Shown one piece after another: positions 1 through 11,338 of a DNA stretch of 64,000 nt. The translations under genes and the position numbers were made by a program. Each line of letters begins with the position of its first letter. Position 1 is the stretch's first letter. The notes under the pieces are model-generated. The model made no database searches. It saw only the letters and a program-made list of their open reading frames with translations, and was not told the origin of the DNA. The stretch lies in contig JBHGNT010000003.1 in the NCBI GenBank assembly GCA_043228905.1, positions 6,634,001 to 6,698,000 on the forward strand. The letters are read 5' to 3'. The DNA is from Azolla caroliniana. Lineage: Eukaryota > Plantae > Polypodiophyta.

Positions 1-810
1 GGTACAAGACCCGATTCGGTCAAAGGCAGAATGAGGACGGTGCGACCGGTGCACTGAATAAAGCCAAGAAGGCCAGATACCGGTTGAGCACGGAAATCGA
101 AAGGACCACAGACCTATGAAAGGTCCTGGAGGAACGTATCCTCAACAGCAAAGTGGAGTTGTCGCTGAGGGAAGACCTCGGGATCGCCAAGAAGGAGTTC
201 CACGACTCCATCGTAGACTTGGTGAAGAGGAAGAGGTTGTCGACAGAGCCAGAGCCGGAGAAGCCGGTAGAAGTGCGAACGACGCACATAGAAGACATGG
301 CGCTAGAAGACGAGTTGGCGGAGAGCCACTATTCGAGGCCGCACTAGGCCAGAGCGACCACGGAGACCCCTATTAAGATCGGGGATGTCCAGGAGTCGGT
401 GGTGGCATTGGTGGACCACAGTTCAGAAATCAACTTGATGTCCATGGACTTCTACAAAAAGGGGAAATGGCCGATCAACACCAAACACGGATGGAAAATA
501 CAGGCCGATCAACACCAAACACCAAACACGGCTAGAACTACATGGAGCTTGCCCGAACGTACAGGTGAAAATCGGCGATGTCGAGATCGACCAGCACTTC
601 TTCATGCAGGAGACGTCCTCACATCCGGTTATACTAGGAGAACCATACATCACGGCGGCACGGATGGAGACCAAGGTGTTGGACAACGGTTCGGCCTATG
701 CAAGAGTCAAGGGCCAGGACGGCTGTCACTCGGTCCAGTTCCTGACGGTGCGACCAAACCATGAGCGTAACCGCGAGACCCTCGGTGGCGAAACCCGAGG
801 GGATTTTTAG
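1..810 (+). pseudogene. gypsy gag C-terminus + aspartic protease (ORF1), disrupted
   Basis: Fragments 153-347, 399-~500 and 565-810 give gag-like VELSLREDLGIAKKEFH and protease motifs ALVDHSSEIN and VILGEPY. There are stops at ~116 and ~345 and a local duplication at 469-531. The frame ends at TAG 808-810. Confidence 0.8.
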
Positions 811-854
811 AGAGGGCTATCAAGGCGTGGGGCCGCGATAGTCCGAACACCCCA
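801..854 (+). promoter_or_regulatory. candidate -1 programmed ribosomal frameshift signal (G GAT TTT + pseudoknot)
   Basis: Heptamer G_GAT_TTT at 801-807 in the ORF1 frame is followed immediately by TAG. After a 6-nt spacer, stem 814-821/837-844 forms and loop TGGGG 828-832 is complementary to CCCCA 850-854. The -1 frame is open into RT. Confidence 0.7.
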
Positions 855-3800
855 GAAAAAACCCACAAATGTATAGTACGGAAGAAGACCTGTACCATAG
901 GTAGGAAATTTTGGTTCTCCGACAACGGAGGTTGTACTATGGCTGGCGTCAGCGGCCGGGAAAGGAAGCGAGCGGAGGAGCGGCTCAGGGGATGCAGAGT
1001 CCTCTCCCCCGACGAAGAGATCAGCGGCGCCGTGGAGGCAGTCTCTTTTGACGACACCTTGGGCGAGTTGCGAAAGGTGATCGGTGAAGACCTTAGAGAA
1101 GACCGGACCGTTTCGGTAGGATCCATGGGAATGTATGAAGTCATCGCGGACTTCGGGGAAAGGATTAGGTCGGATCGGACGGCCCGTGTGGATACAAAGT
1201 ACAAGACTATGGACCGGAAGGTGAGGCCAATCGCAACACCCTTGCCAGAGGGCAGCGAGGAGCGGATAAAAGGGGTCGCGTCGGACCCGAGTTTACGGAA
1301 TCCGGTTGGCATAGGGCACCGGTTCACCGACATAACGCTACGGGAGCTCAAGGTTGGTGGGGGTGGCTTCCTACTACCGACGGAGGAGAACAGGTTTCGG
1401 AGAATGCTCGGAAGGCATGGGAAAGCCTTCGCGTTCTCGCCGGAGGAGATCGGGTGTGTGGACCCGACGGTCGTCGAACCGATGGTGATCTTCACGGTAC
1501 CGCATGTGTCGTGGAATCTCAAACCGATTCTGGTGGCGAGAGCTCACATCCCGAAGTTGATGGAGCTTCTTAAGCAAAAGGTGGAGATGGGCATCCTCGA
1601 ACCGTCGGGTGCCCCGTATTCGAATCGGTGGTTTACGGTGCCAAAGAAGAACGGCACGCTACGCTTCATTCAGGACCTGCAACCAGTCAACAAGGTGACC
1701 ATCCGTAATGCAGGAATCGGACTGACCATAGACGAGTTCCCAGAGGCCTTCGCTGGAAGGTCGATCTATTCGGTTGGTGACTTATACTCGGGGTACGACC
1801 AGTTCCAGCTAGCCATGGAAAGCAGGGATATCACGACGATGCGAACTCCTCTCGACCTAGTACGGATGTGTACCCTACCACAAGGCGGGACAAATTTGGT
1901 GGCGCATATGGTGAACGCAATGAACAAGGTGCTAAGGGACTGCATCCCAGACATCACCATGCCATTCTTGGACGACATCCCGATAAAGGGGTGTCCGGTG
2001 GATGACACGGACGAGACTGTCGGGCCAGACGGATGCCGGAGGTTCGTCGTGGACCACATCAACGACTGCGAGAAGGTGATGCAGAGGCTCGAAAACGCAC
2101 GACTCACCTTCTCCGAAGAAAAATCGGCATTCGGGCAGTCGGAGATCTTGGTGGTCGGGCACCTGTGCGGGCCCTACAATAGGAAACCATCTCAGGCAAA
2201 GATAGAGGCCATCTCAGTGATGAGGGACGATTGCGGGTCAGTCACGGAGGTCCGCAGATTCTTGGGAGCATGCGCGTTCTACCACATCTGGATTCCGCAC
2301 TACGCACATGTTGCGGAGCCTCTCTACGGGCTATTGAAAAAAGGGCGTGGGTTCGAGTGGAGGATGGAGCACAGGGAGTCGGTCCGGAGAATAAAGGAGG
2401 CGCTTACGGTAGCGTCGGCCCTCCGTAAAGCGGTTTACAGCGAGGGTGTCCCCATTTGCGTGACGGTGGACACGAGACCGACTGGGATCAGGTGGGTAAT
2501 CAGTCAGGAGGACAAGGACGGTATACGAGTCCCGATCCGGTTCGGGGGGAAGGTATTGAGCGAGCGGCAGCGAGGATACGCCCAAGTGAAGCGCAAGCTT
2601 TGGGGTATCGTTTTGGCAATCAAGGCCGACAAGGACAATCTAATCGGGACGGAGGTGATCATCGAGACGGACTGCCTGCCAATACTCGGCATGGTTTCCG
2701 AATGCGCGACGCCGGACCTAGCAATGCTCCGGTGGATAGCGTACATTAAGTCCCTAAACCCGGAGATACGGCACATCTCCGAAAAGGACAACGCCATGGC
2801 CGACATGCTTTCGAGAGTGAGGTTCAACGACGAAGGTTTCGGATGACGAAAAAGTCGGTGAGGACTTCTTCGGGTCGACTAACGTAACGACGAGGAAAAG
2901 GGACACTCCGGCGCTTAACGAATTTGACGAAAGCAGGTACGACGGGGAGTGGCTCCAAATCGAGAGGTTCCTACGGACGATGACGTCGGATGCAGCATGG
3001 ACGAGAGAAGAGGCAAGCCGGGTACGGAAGAAGACGTACCGATTCTTCCTGCGGGACGAGTGCATATGGAGGCACCCAAAGAAGAGAAACGGCATCCCGC
3101 TCTAAGTAGTGGCAAAGAAAGAAGAACAGGAGGAGTTGTTGGAGGCCTACCACAAGAGTCCCTAAGCCGGACACTGCAGAACGTGGGCCACGTTCGAGAA
3201 GCTGAAGGGGAAGTACTGGTGGCCAGGACTATACCGGGACGTGCACCGGTTCGTGACGACTTGTGAAAGCTGCCATATGCACTCCATAGTCCGACACTGG
3301 GACAAGCTTCACCCGACCTACCCTCGGATCGTCCACTTCAAATGGATGGTGGATTTGGTGACGATGTTGATGGGGGTAGGACAGATGCGTTACCTGGCAC
3401 TTGCGCGGGAAGACTTAACGAACCAGGTGGAAGGTCGTGCACTGCAGAACAAGACAACCGCAGCAGTATGCCGGTTCCTGATCGAAGAGGTAGTGTGTCG
3501 GTACGGGTGCGTCGGGAGGATCGTGGCGGACCGGGGAGAGCTGGATGTGCGGGAAGCTGAGGAGTTGTTCGACTGGTTAGGGGTCAAACTCTCCCTCACT
3601 ACGGTGTACAATCCGGAGGCGAACGGGAAAGTAGAGCGTGGGCACGGGCCGATCGTAAAGGCGTTGGTGCGTGCATGCGGAGGGCAGGTCGGGAATTGGT
3701 CACGACTCCTTCCTTACGCACTATGGGTGGACCGAACTACGCACAGTTCGGTAACTGGGTTCATGCCGGCAGAGCTTATGTACAGACAGAGGCCGATCAT

Positions 3801-4287
3801 GCCAACGGAGCGAACCATCTCCTCATGGGCCACGGTGGACTGGAGAGATGAGATGAGCCAGGAGGAGCTGCTAGAGGCACGGATTCAATAGCTCGAGCGA
3901 AGGCCGGAGGATGTGGAACGAGCCACGAAGAAGCTTTGATTGGCAAGGTTGAAGAACAAAGGGCGGTTTGACCGGACACACCAACTGCGGCCAAAGAAAA
4001 TCGAGGAAGGCGACTGGGTCCTAGTGTATGACAACAGCCTCGACAACCAGCACAAGGCAACACGGAAGTTTGTAAGGAGGTGGTTCGGGCCTTACGTGGT
4101 GACAGGCGCCAACGACAACGGGACCTATCATCTTGCGGAGCTCAATGGTACGAGGATGGCAATACCGGTAGCGGGGAAGAGGGTCAAAGCGTTTAAGAAA
4201 CGACACGAGTGCGAGCCGGATCTGGAAAGCATGGACGGCGATGACGGGTGGTCCGAGGAGGATGACGAACCGGAAGACGAGGAGTAA
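801..4287 (+). pseudogene. gypsy pol (RT-RNaseH-integrase), disrupted
   Basis: The frame is open from 801 through ORF 939-2846. It then has a frameshift near 2840 and in-frame stops (~3103, ~3163, 3889, 3937) through integrase ORFs 3241-3891 and 3940-4287. Confidence 0.9.
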
Positions 4288-4349
4288 AGCATGGGCCGGT
4301 TTTCTCCAACAAGAGCCCAATTTTGGCGCATACCGGTGGATGCGCGGTT

Positions 4350-4362
4350 AGGTGGGGGCGGA
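4350..4362 (+). other. polypurine tract of gypsy element
   Basis: AGGTGGGGGCGGA directly precedes the LTR start TGTCGCG. Confidence 0.7.
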
Positions 4363-5051
4363 TGTCGCGAAGAAAACCGTCCCTAGGCGGAAACCGAGTT
4401 AAGCATGTGTAAATCGGCCCTTACATGTGAGCACACTTTTCGTTGTATGGTAAGTAGGTAGGTACAAGTCGGATGAGGTGAAATCCTAGGTATCGTGCAT
4501 TTAATAGGGAGAGAATCGAGTTGTATCTCTGTCCGAAAGGACAGAGAATTAATATGATGTAACGGATGATAATGGCCTCCCTCCTTGGGCTATAAAAGAG
4601 AGGGAGAGGAATGAGAGGAGGTATTGCAGGTTAGAGAGGACGAAGTGTTGTCGGACTGGGACCGAGCCCTTCTCCTCTGTCTCTCTCCATAGCCATTTTT
4701 GCGCAGGTTTTCGGGAGGCTGACTCTGCTCCGTGGAACGCCTGTGTGCTTCCGGCAAAGTCTCCATCTCAGTCTTCTATGTGTGTGAGTCAACAAGCGTT
4801 GGTGTTCGCCTTGCCGGCCTATTAGTTGTAACTGTCTCGATATATATATATATACATACGTGTTCATATGCTCAGGCTTTGAGTAGTCCCGTTTCGCTGT
4901 GTTGTCGGACTATGATTCCTGTGTGCTCCCATGTCTGTGCGTGTGCAAGTACGTCTGTTGCCTTTTCGCTCTCTTCCTTCTCAGTTATTTCTCGGTCCAA
5001 GACCCCGGTGGTCCCGCCTCATTCCCCACGCACGCGCGTAACAACGTGACA
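4363..5051 (+). repeat. 3' LTR of gypsy element (~689 bp)
   Basis: Starts TGTCGCG after the PPT and ends CGTGACA (imperfect terminal inverted repeat). TATAAAAG is at ~4591. The sequence becomes AT-rich beyond it. The partner LTR is not in the window. Confidence 0.8.
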
Positions 5052-5460
5052 CCGTGTTTTGGGTTCCTTTGGAGACCCCCATGTTTTAGGTTCATCACAC
5101 AAGAGTGACTCTTAAAGATCGCTTATTTATTTATAAGTATGTTCTGATGCATTACATTTTTATGGATTGTTTGATGGACAATTTGGATATTCACAACTGT
5201 ATAGCATATGCTAAATTGAGGAGCTATGATTATAGAATAAGTTAACCACATTTTTAGTATGTGATAAATCCAATAACATGTGAACTAGTTCGTAAGGCAT
5301 CTCATAAAAAAAATGTTAAGGATATTCAAATGTTCATAGTTGAACTTTGTTTTTGAGATGGATTCACTTAAACCTAATAAATAAACCAAAATGCACATAA
5401 ATAAAAACATATCACATAAACAAGAAATAATAACTAATTTAGCTTATTACACATGTAGCT

Positions 5461-5847
5461 AATCACCTATCTAATGCTTACTAATGATGTTGCAGAACTA
5501 ATGAGGCTGAATTTTCGAAAGCGATTGTGTACTACACTAATGGCCGCAGCAAATGGAATGGATATACTATGGAAGTATGAAGTACCCAAATGGTTGTTCC
5601 CCCCTCCCATTAGATGAACGAGGGGCGTGAAAGACATGGCATGTGGGATAGTGAATGTAGGTGATGTGCATGAAAGGATGGCTAGAGCCATATGTGAAAG
5701 TGTAAGATAAATAAGCAAGATCTCTTGTGTAGGATAGGATAGTCTTGGCTTGGCCTTCCCAAGAAAGGGATCGAGTTTTATGTATATTTTAACTAAAGGA
5801 ATCCCATTAGTATATTCTTTTTTTTTGGAATCACCTATCTAATGCTT
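5461..5847. mobile_element. ~349-bp insertion flanked by 19-bp direct repeat (probable truncated non-LTR retrocopy)
   Basis: AATCACCTATCTAATGCTT occurs identically at 5461-5479 and 5829-5847. The enclosed sequence differs in composition from the flanks and ends in a T-run. Confidence 0.55.
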
Positions 5848-6040
5848 GATATCTAAGTGATAGCTAGAAGTATAATAGTTGGTTGCTACACTCTCAATAG
5901 CTAATCAATGCTTACAAAATCACGTAAGCACAATAACAACTTGAAGTTTAAGAGCTAATTAATTTATGTTGTGATGGTTAAAAGTTTGATAGCTAATGAC
6001 TATTGTAACTATGTAATTGTAACTTTCACAGCAAAGTAAC

Positions 6041-6615
6041 TGTTGGGAATCGATGCTTCGATTCACCTTCTTCCTTTCGGCCACAACCGAGTAATCGCGG
6101 ATCAATGCAGCAGAAAATAGAAACCAAAAGAGAGAAACACACGAGTACACAGGGATTAACGTGGAAAACCCTAGATGGGAAAAACCACGGGAGTACAAGA
6201 CTCCAAACAACACTATACAAGAGAAGTATACAATGACGAGCTCCAAGGCGACGACCTTGAGCTCGCTGTCCTCGCCACAGGCGGCGGAAATACACAGAGG
6301 CATCGTCCTCTTCCTCTCTCGCGCTCTATCTCTCACTCTGTCTCACGGTTGCTCCCTCTTCACTCCTCTTGAGTGGAAAAACAGAAAAATGATAAGCAAC
6401 AACAACACTGTTTGCCCTAAGTCATATTTATACTTATATGACTTTGGGCTATTTACAACTGTAGCCTCAGGGGCCCATAGCGAACATATTCACGGATATG
6501 TCCCTGCATCCGGATCGCTCTCCGGGTACATTCGTCATCCGGTACCGAAACCGGGCTTGTCGGCATTCATCTCCGATATCCGACCATCCCATGAGAAGGG
6601 ACCGTAATCCCAACA
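6041..6615 (-). repeat. copia 3' LTR (575 bp)
   Basis: TGTTGGGA...TCCCAACA. It matches 10730-11338 except for one substitution seen (6302/10991) and a 34-bp indel. Confidence 0.97.
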
Positions 6616-6625
6616 AACTCCCCCT
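6616..6625 (-). other. copia polypurine tract
   Basis: AGGGGGAGTT on the minus strand lies between the pol stop and the 3' LTR. Confidence 0.9.
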
Positions 6626-9600
6626 TCACTTCGGCATGGGATGTCTCTCCAATCCGATCCTCTTCCGGCATGCTTCCAGCTTGTCGGGTGTGAGGACCTT
6701 GGTCAGCATATCCGACCCGTTCTCGTCCGTGTGGATCTTTGTCAGCACGAACTCCTTGTCTTCTATCCTTTCCCGGATCCAGTGATATCTTCGCTGGATG
6801 TGCTTCGTCCGGGAGTGATAGGCCGCGTTCTTCGCAAGGTGGATTGCACTCTGACTGTCGCAGTAGAGTCGGTACTCCTCCTGTCGGATACCGAGCTCTC
6901 TAATGAAGTCCTTCATCCATATTATTTCCTTGCCGGCTTCAACAGCCGCCATGTACTCCGCCTCCGTGGTTGACAGCGCAACCGTCTTCTGCAGCCTCGA
7001 CTGCCATGAAACAGCTCCCCCTGCATACGTCATCACATACCCTGATGTGGACCGGCTGGTATCTGCATCAGCCGACATATCCGAATCGGTAAAGCCGTCG
7101 AGTTCGGGCTTTCCGGAGCCGAATCGGAGGCACACGTTTGCCGTGCCCTTCAGGTATCGGAGTATCCACTTGGCCGCGTTCCAATGCTCTTTGCCGGGAT
7201 TGCTCATGTACCGGCTCACCACTCCGACTGCATATCCGATGTCCGGTCTCGTACACACCATGGCGTACATCAAGCTCCCGACGGCTGAGGCATATGGCAC
7301 TTTCATCATATCCTCCTTTTCAGCCTTTGTCTTGGGACTTTGCTTGTTGGACAGCTTGCAGTTTGCCGGGAGGGTCGATCCGACCGGTCTTGCTTCCGAC
7401 ATGTTGAACCGGTGAAGCACCTTCGTCACGTACTTCTCCTGTGACAGCCACAACTACTTCTTCTTCCGGTCCCGGATGATGTGCATCCCTAGTATTTGCC
7501 TCGCCGGACCCAAGTCCTTCATTGAGAAGGTTCGGTGAAGAGCCTTCTTCAGCATCCGTATCTTGACCTGGTCCCGTCCGACGATCAACATGTCGTCCAC
7601 GTACAGGAGGAGTATTAGGAAGTCTCCTCCTTCGAACTTCTTCACAAACACGCAGTGGTCGGACTGCGTTTTGAGGTACCCTTCGTCGGTCATGAAGGAG
7701 TCGAATTTCCGGTACCATTGCCGGGGAGCCTGCTTCAGTCCGTAAAGGCTCTTCTTCAACCGGCATGCCAGGTGCTCCTTCCCTTTCTTCTCGAATCCTT
7801 CCGGTTGCTGCATGTAGATCTCTTCATCGAGGTCACCGTGAAGGAATGCCGTCTTCACGTCCATCTGTTCTACCTCGAGGTCCATGCTTGCCGCTATGCT
7901 CAGCACCGTCCGGATGGAGGTCATCTTCACTACCGGGGCAAATATCTCGTCGAAGTCGACGCCCTTCTTCTGCTGAAACCCCTTCACCACGATCCTGGCT
8001 TTGTATCTCGGGGGGTTTCCGGCATCTCCCGGTTTCAGCTTGAACACCCACTTGTTTCGAAGTGCCCGCTTTCCTTTCGGCAACTCCACAAGTTCATATG
8101 TGTGGTTCTCATGCAGGGAATCCATCTCGTCCTGCATGGCACTCAACCACCTGCGGCTCTGGGTGTCATGTTTTGCTTCTTCAAAGCTCTCCGGCTCCCC
8201 CTCGTCGGTTAGCAGCACGTGCTCTGGTTCCGGAAATCTCCGGGGGGCCCTTCTCTCTCTTAGAGGATATCTCCGTTCCGGAGCTTCGGTAACCGGTTCT
8301 TCCGATTCTTCTTCATCCGAATCCATTTCGGGATCGGGGCCGGTTCCGGTATCGTTTTCATCTTCTTCGGCCGGTTCTGTTTCTTCACCGTCTTCGGCTG
8401 GATCCTCGAGTGCTAACCGGTCCCTTGCCGGTCGGGACTGCTCCTTGTAGAGTTGATCCTCACCGGTCGACTTGGAGCTCTTCATCTTCGTCTCCGACTC
8501 CCAGTCGGCGAGTGTCTTGTCCTCCATGAAGATGATGTCTCGACTCCTGAATATCTTCTTGTCGACAGGGTCCCATACTCGGTAGCCGAACTCGTCATCG
8601 CCGTAACCGAGGAATATGCATGGCCGGGTCTTCGGATCTAGCTTTCCTCTCCGGTCCTTTGCCACATGCACGTATGCGAGGCACCCAAACACCTTCAGAT
8701 GCCGGTAGGACACTTCCTTACCGGTCCACACTTTCTGCGGCATGTCTCCATCCAAAGGCACTGAGGGTGATCTGTTTATCACGTATGTCGCTGTCGACAT
8801 TGCCTCAGCCCAAAACCCCTTGGGTAATTTCGCATGCGCCAGCATACTCCGGACCCGCTCCATTATGGTCCGGTTCATCCTCTCAGCCAGCCCGTTCAGT
8901 TCCGGCGTCTTCGGCACAGTAAACTCGAGTCGGATTCCCTTCGAGCGACAGTACTCCTGGAACTGCCCCCGGTATTCCCCTCCGTTATCCGCTCGTATCG
9001 CTTTCAGCTTCTTGCCGGATTCCCTTTCCACTCTCGCGTGGAGTTCTTTGAAGACACACAACACTTGGTCCTTTGTCTTCATCGGTGCCGTCCACAGTTT
9101 TCGGCTATGATCATCGATGAATGTTACGAAGTACTGGGCTCCGCCATGTGACTTCGTTTCTACCTGACACACATCAGTGTGCACCAACTCCAATGGTGCG
9201 CTCCGTCTCGTCGGTGGCCTTGAGTGGAAGGAGGTTCGGTTCTGCTTACCGGCCAGGCAATCGGTGCACTTCTCCAGGTGCACATGCTTCACTGGGATAA
9301 GGTTGTCTTCTGCAAGCCTCTTCATCCCCTTCTCACTCATGTGGCACAGTCTCTTGTGCCACAGCTCACCGGCAGTGTCGGCTGCCACATTCAGTTCTTC
9401 CGGACATAACCAGGCATTCATCAGGTACAGTGTGTTGACTTTCCGGGCCCGAGCCACTATCAGGCTCCCCTTGCTGAACTTCATTACGCCGTTCCGGATG
9501 CTACCTGTGTAGCCTTCATCGTCTAGCCTCCCGGCCGAAATCAGGTTCAATCGAACCTCCGGAACGTGTCGGACATCCTTCAGCAGCATTTTGCATCCGG

Positions 9601-10699
9601 TCGGGGTTGTCAACCACACGTCTCCTATGCCGGCAATCCGGCACGTACCTTCATTTCCCATCCGAACACAGCCATGCTCACCGGCTGTGTAGGATGAGAA
9701 GTATCTTCTCTCCGGGGTCAGGTGGAACGATGCTCCGGAATCGACCACCCAGGTCGTCTCATCGCCGGCAACGTTTAGTTCACCTTCTTCGGTGATGAGC
9801 ATGATTTCTTCCTCACTTGCCGCGAGTGCCGTTGTTCCTTTCCGGTCCTGCCCTCGCCGATCCGAACCTCTCCGGTCCGTGGCTCCCCGGTATGCACCGT
9901 TTCTCTCCGGTGACTTCTTCGAATCGGTGTTGTCGGTTCCATTGTCTTTTCGGTAATGCCGACAATTCTTTCGGAAGTGCCCCGGCTTCCCACAGTGGAA
10001 GCATGTGGGCCTTCCTCTTGACTGCGACCGGGTCCCCGACTTCTCCCGTCTTTGCGGACTCCGGTTCCATTGTCTTCCCCGATCCGATTCGGTAAACAAC
10101 ATCTTCGGGTCGGAGGCCGGTTCCTTATCTCTCCGACGCGCTTCTTCATTCAAAATACTTGTCTTTACCGTTTGCAAGGACAAGTTATCTTCTGTGCAGG
10201 AGGTGCTGAGAGTCACCACCAAGTTCTCCCAGCTTTCCGGCAATGTACACATCAGGATGATGGCTTGCATTGCATCCTCCAACGGGAACTTGATCGCCGC
10301 AAGCTGATTCACGAATCCCATGAACGTGCTTACGTGTTCCACCATACTCTCGCCGTCCCGGTACTTGAGATTCACTATCTTCCTCATCAGGGAGGTTCGG
10401 TTCAACGCATTCTTCCTCTCATAGAGGCCCAACAGCTTCCGCCACATCTCATATGCGTTGGTGTCGTTCGCCACATGTTGTAGAACGCTCACGTCGACGT
10501 ATTGCCGAATGGTTGCAACGGCTTTCCGGTTCAGAAGCCTCCATTCCGACTCAAGTACCCCTTTCGGTATTTCCGACCTGTCAATCGGTTCGTACAGGTC
10601 CCGAACAATCAGAAGATCCTCCATCTTGATCTTCCAGTCGGCGTAATTCTGCGCAGTCAGCACCATCATCCCCGGCTGCCCGCTGCCGCCGCCTTCCAT
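6626..10699 (-). pseudogene. copia gag-pol polyprotein with a single in-frame TAG at 7454-7456
   Basis: ATG at 10699 (MEGGGSGQ). Motifs: CCHC knuckle CFHCGKPGHFRKNC, protease WVVDSGAS, integrase WHKRLCH/ADNGGEY, RT QMDVKTAFLHG/YVDDML, RNase H SDMLTK. ORFs 7454-10984 and 6626-7453 are contiguous in one frame (RKKK*LWLSQEKY). Confidence 0.93.
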
Positions 10700-10714
10700 T
10701 TTCTGCAGCAACCC

Positions 10715-10726
10715 GCTCTGATACCA
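10715..10726 (-). other. primer binding site complementary to tRNA-iMet 3' end
   Basis: TGGTATCAGAGC on the minus strand, 3 nt inside the 5' LTR. Confidence 0.95.
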
Positions 10727-10729
10727 GTT

Positions 10730-11338
10730 TGTTGGGAATCGATGCTTCGATTCACCTTCTTCCTTTCGGCCACAACCGAGTAATCGCGGATCAATGCAGC
10801 AGAAAATAGAAACCAAAAGAGAGAAACACACGAGTACACAGGGATTAACGTGGAAAACCCTAGATGGGAAAAACCACGGGAGTACAAGACTCCAAACAAC
10901 ACTATACAAGAGAAGTATACAATGACGAGCTCCAAGGCGACGACCTTGAGCTCGCTGTCCTCGCCACAGGCGGCGGAAATACACAGAGGCGTCGTCCTCT
11001 TCCTCTCTCGCGCTCTATCTCTCACTCTGTCTCACGGTTGCTCCCTCTTCACTCCTCTTGAGTGGAAAAACAGAAAAATGATAAGCAACAACAACACTGT
11101 TTGCCCTAAGTCATATTTATACTTATATGACTTTGGGCTATTTACAACTGTAGCCTCAGGGGCCCATAGCGAACATATTCACGGATATGTCCCTGCATCC
11201 GGATCGCTCTCCGGGTACATTCGTCATCCGGTACCGAAACCGGGGTCTTCGTCATCCGGATCCGAAACCGAAACCGGGCTTGTCGGCATTCATCTCCGAT
11301 ATCCGACCATCCCATGAGAAGGGACCGTAATCCCAACA
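10730..11338 (-). repeat. copia 5' LTR (609 bp)
   Basis: Direct repeat of 6041-6615 with 34 extra bp at ~11244-11277. TATAAATA is on the minus strand at ~11114-11121. Confidence 0.97.

Larger units (their letters stand above)
1..5051 (+). mobile_element. Ty3/gypsy LTR retrotransposon, 3' portion (5' end outside window), decayed
   Basis: Domain order PR (ALVDHSSEINLM, ~405) - RT (PYSNRWFTVPKKNGTLRFIQDL, DLYSGYDQF, FLDD) - RNase H (TDCLPILGM, DNAMADMLSR) - integrase (CESC, DL..ADRG..NPEANGKVER, GPY) is the gypsy order. PPT and a TG..CA LTR are at the 3' end. There are several stops and frameshifts. No chromodomain is visible after the integrase. Confidence 0.95.
6041..11338 (-). mobile_element. 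full-length Ty1/copia LTR retrotransposon (Tnt1-like), 5298 bp
   Basis: Near-identical TG..CA LTRs, 5-bp TSD GTAAC (6036-6040 and 11339-11343), PBS, PPT, and gag-PR-INT-RT-RH domain order. Confidence 0.98.

Noticed and set aside
707-10783. Many antisense and alternative-frame ORFs over both retrotransposons
   Set aside because: Shadow ORFs of GC-rich coding sequence with no recognisable domains.
10700-10984. 95-codon N-terminal extension of the copia ORF and other LTR ORFs (5959-6607, 10666-11317)
   Set aside because: They run through LTR and PBS sequence and are duplicated only because the LTRs are. Gag most plausibly starts at ATG 10699.
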